A stretch of 51,508 nucleotides of DNA from Bacteroides sp. (GTDB lineage: Bacteria; Bacteroidota; Bacteroidia; Bacteroidales; Bacteroidaceae). The stretch lies in NCBI GenBank assembly GCA_051878755.1, contig JBJEKS010000246.1:1-51508 (forward strand). The letters run 5' to 3'. The translations under genes and the position numbers were made by a program. Shown here piece after piece: positions 50,353 to 51,508 of the stretch. The notes beneath the pieces were generated by a model. That model was not told the DNA's origin. It did not search any database and saw only the letters and a list, made by a program, of their open reading frames with translations. The first letter of the stretch is position 1; each line of letters opens with the position of its first letter.

Positions 50353-50757
50353 ATGCAAAGAAACTTATTATTCGTGTTAGTGAGTCTGTTTGCCCTGATG
50401 GCAGGGGCTCAGACCAAAGTGAACGACCATGTAGAAGTAATGTACTTCCATGGAAAACAGCGGTGCATGACGTGCATGGCTATTGAGAAACACGCCCGTG
50501 AGGTGGTGGAAAAGGACTTTGCCCATGAGAAGAAAAGTGGGAACGTGGTATTTAGAGTTGTTGACATTTCAACCGATGAAGGAGCAAAGATTGCCAAGGA
50601 CTATCGTGTCACATGGTCATCGCTCTATGTCAATGGCTGGAAGAATGGCAAGGAGATGCGGAACGACATGACGCAGTTTGCCTTCAAAAATGCCCGGAAC
50701 CATACCGATGAGTTCAAGAAAGGCGTGAGCGGAAAAATTAAGGAACTGATGAAATAG
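50353..50757 (+). CDS. Exported thioredoxin-like protein, ArsF family
   Basis: Signal peptide; CxxC motif in VEVMYFHGKQRCMTC; position in an ars operon. Confidence 0.82.
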   Translation: MQRNLLFVLVSLFALMAGAQTKVNDHVEVMYFHGKQRCMTCMAIEKHAREVVEKDFAHEKKSGNVVFRVVDISTDEGAKIAKDYRVTWSSLYVNGWKNGKEMRNDMTQFAFKNARNHTDEFKKGVSGKIKELMK

Positions 50758-50766
50758 AATCAGGTT

Positions 50767-51474
50767 ATGGAAATGCTTCAAACGTGGCTTGAAGGAAGTG
50801 ATGTGCCCGTGCTGACGGCTTTCATCTTAGGACTGCTCACGGCAGTAAGCCCCTGTCCGCTAGCCACCAACATCACTGCCATCGGCTTTATCAGCAAGGA
50901 CATAGAGAGTAAGAACCGTTCATTCTTCCACGGGCTTCTCTATACTTTCGGACGTATCGTGGCATACTCCCTGCTTGGAGCATTGCTTATTTGGATGCTG
51001 CGGAGAGGGCTCGACACCTTCGACCTGCAAGCAGAGGTGAGCCGTTGGGGAGATTTGCTGCTGAGTCCTATACTTCTTATTATGGGCTTGCTGATGTTGT
51101 TTGGCGATAAGCTGCCTTTGTCCCGCTTCGGTTTCAGTGCATCTCAGCGGGGCGAGCATCTTCGGGGGGCATGGGGTAGCCTGCTGCTCGGCATACTGTT
51201 TGCCATGGCGTTTTGTCCCACTAGCGGGCTGCTCTATTTCGGTATGCTCATTCCCATGTCGGCCTCAGCCGCAGGAGGCTATGCCTTGCCTGCCGTCTAT
51301 GCCCTGGCTACGGGATTGCCTGTGGTGATAGTCGCATGGATAATAGCATATAGTGTGTCGAATATCGCAGGATTTTATCAGAAGGTGCAGGTGTTCCAGA
51401 AGTGGTTCAACCGCTTAGTAGCGGCACTGTTCATTATCGTAGGATTATATTACGCATATACATTTTATATTTAA
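50767..51474 (+). CDS. DsbD/CcdA-like membrane protein, ArsG family
   Basis: Paired membrane Cys motifs LTAVSPCPLATN and FAMAFCPTSG; about 6 TM segments. Confidence 0.85.
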   Translation: MEMLQTWLEGSDVPVLTAFILGLLTAVSPCPLATNITAIGFISKDIESKNRSFFHGLLYTFGRIVAYSLLGALLIWMLRRGLDTFDLQAEVSRWGDLLLSPILLIMGLLMLFGDKLPLSRFGFSASQRGEHLRGAWGSLLLGILFAMAFCPTSGLLYFGMLIPMSASAAGGYALPAVYALATGLPVVIVAWIIAYSVSNIAGFYQKVQVFQKWFNRLVAALFIIVGLYYAYTFYI

Positions 51475-51479
51475 GCAAT

Positions 51480-51508
51480 ATGGAAAAGAAAGAAATCAAA
51501 GTGCTTGG
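51480..51508 (+). CDS. 5' end of a small redox-active disulfide protein (MTH895/ArsE-like thioredoxin), cut by the window edge
   Basis: ATG 5 nt after the ArsG-like stop reads MEKKEIKVLG, matching the IKVLGxGCxxC start of this family. Confidence 0.6.

Overview
This window is chromosomal DNA from a gut-type Bacteroidales (Bacteroides/Phocaeicola-like). The evidence is TAnnTTTG promoter elements, lipoprotein glycosidases and a Bacteroides-type gene order. It holds 32 complete CDS and one cut by the window edge. In order: a glycosidase cluster without SusC/D (GH2, GH35, two GH109) and a TonB-type outer-membrane barrel; L31 type B and fba; acyl-CoA synthetase, XRE-cupin, proC and an alpha/beta hydrolase; a PL1 lyase; asnB-gltD-gltB divergent from purF-like-carA-carB; tilS, a GH73-LysM protein and umuDC; nifJ with an upstream AAA ATPase whose Walker B is degenerate; xpt, a purine permease, DUF5020 and an uncharacterised ATP-grasp gene; an S41 peptidase; and the start of an arsR-arsF-arsG-arsE-like operon. 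I found no rRNA, tRNA, CRISPR array, integrase or transposase. The least explained signal is intergenic: many gene junctions are filled by short-period repeats (7, 8, 9, 11 and 22 bp), often as inverted pairs and abutting stop or start codons. Also notable are a 26-codon ATPase remnant that keeps its promoter and an attenuator-like leader before purF-carAB. All calls were made by eye from motifs, with no database search, and several start codons were moved downstream of the ORF-track starts.
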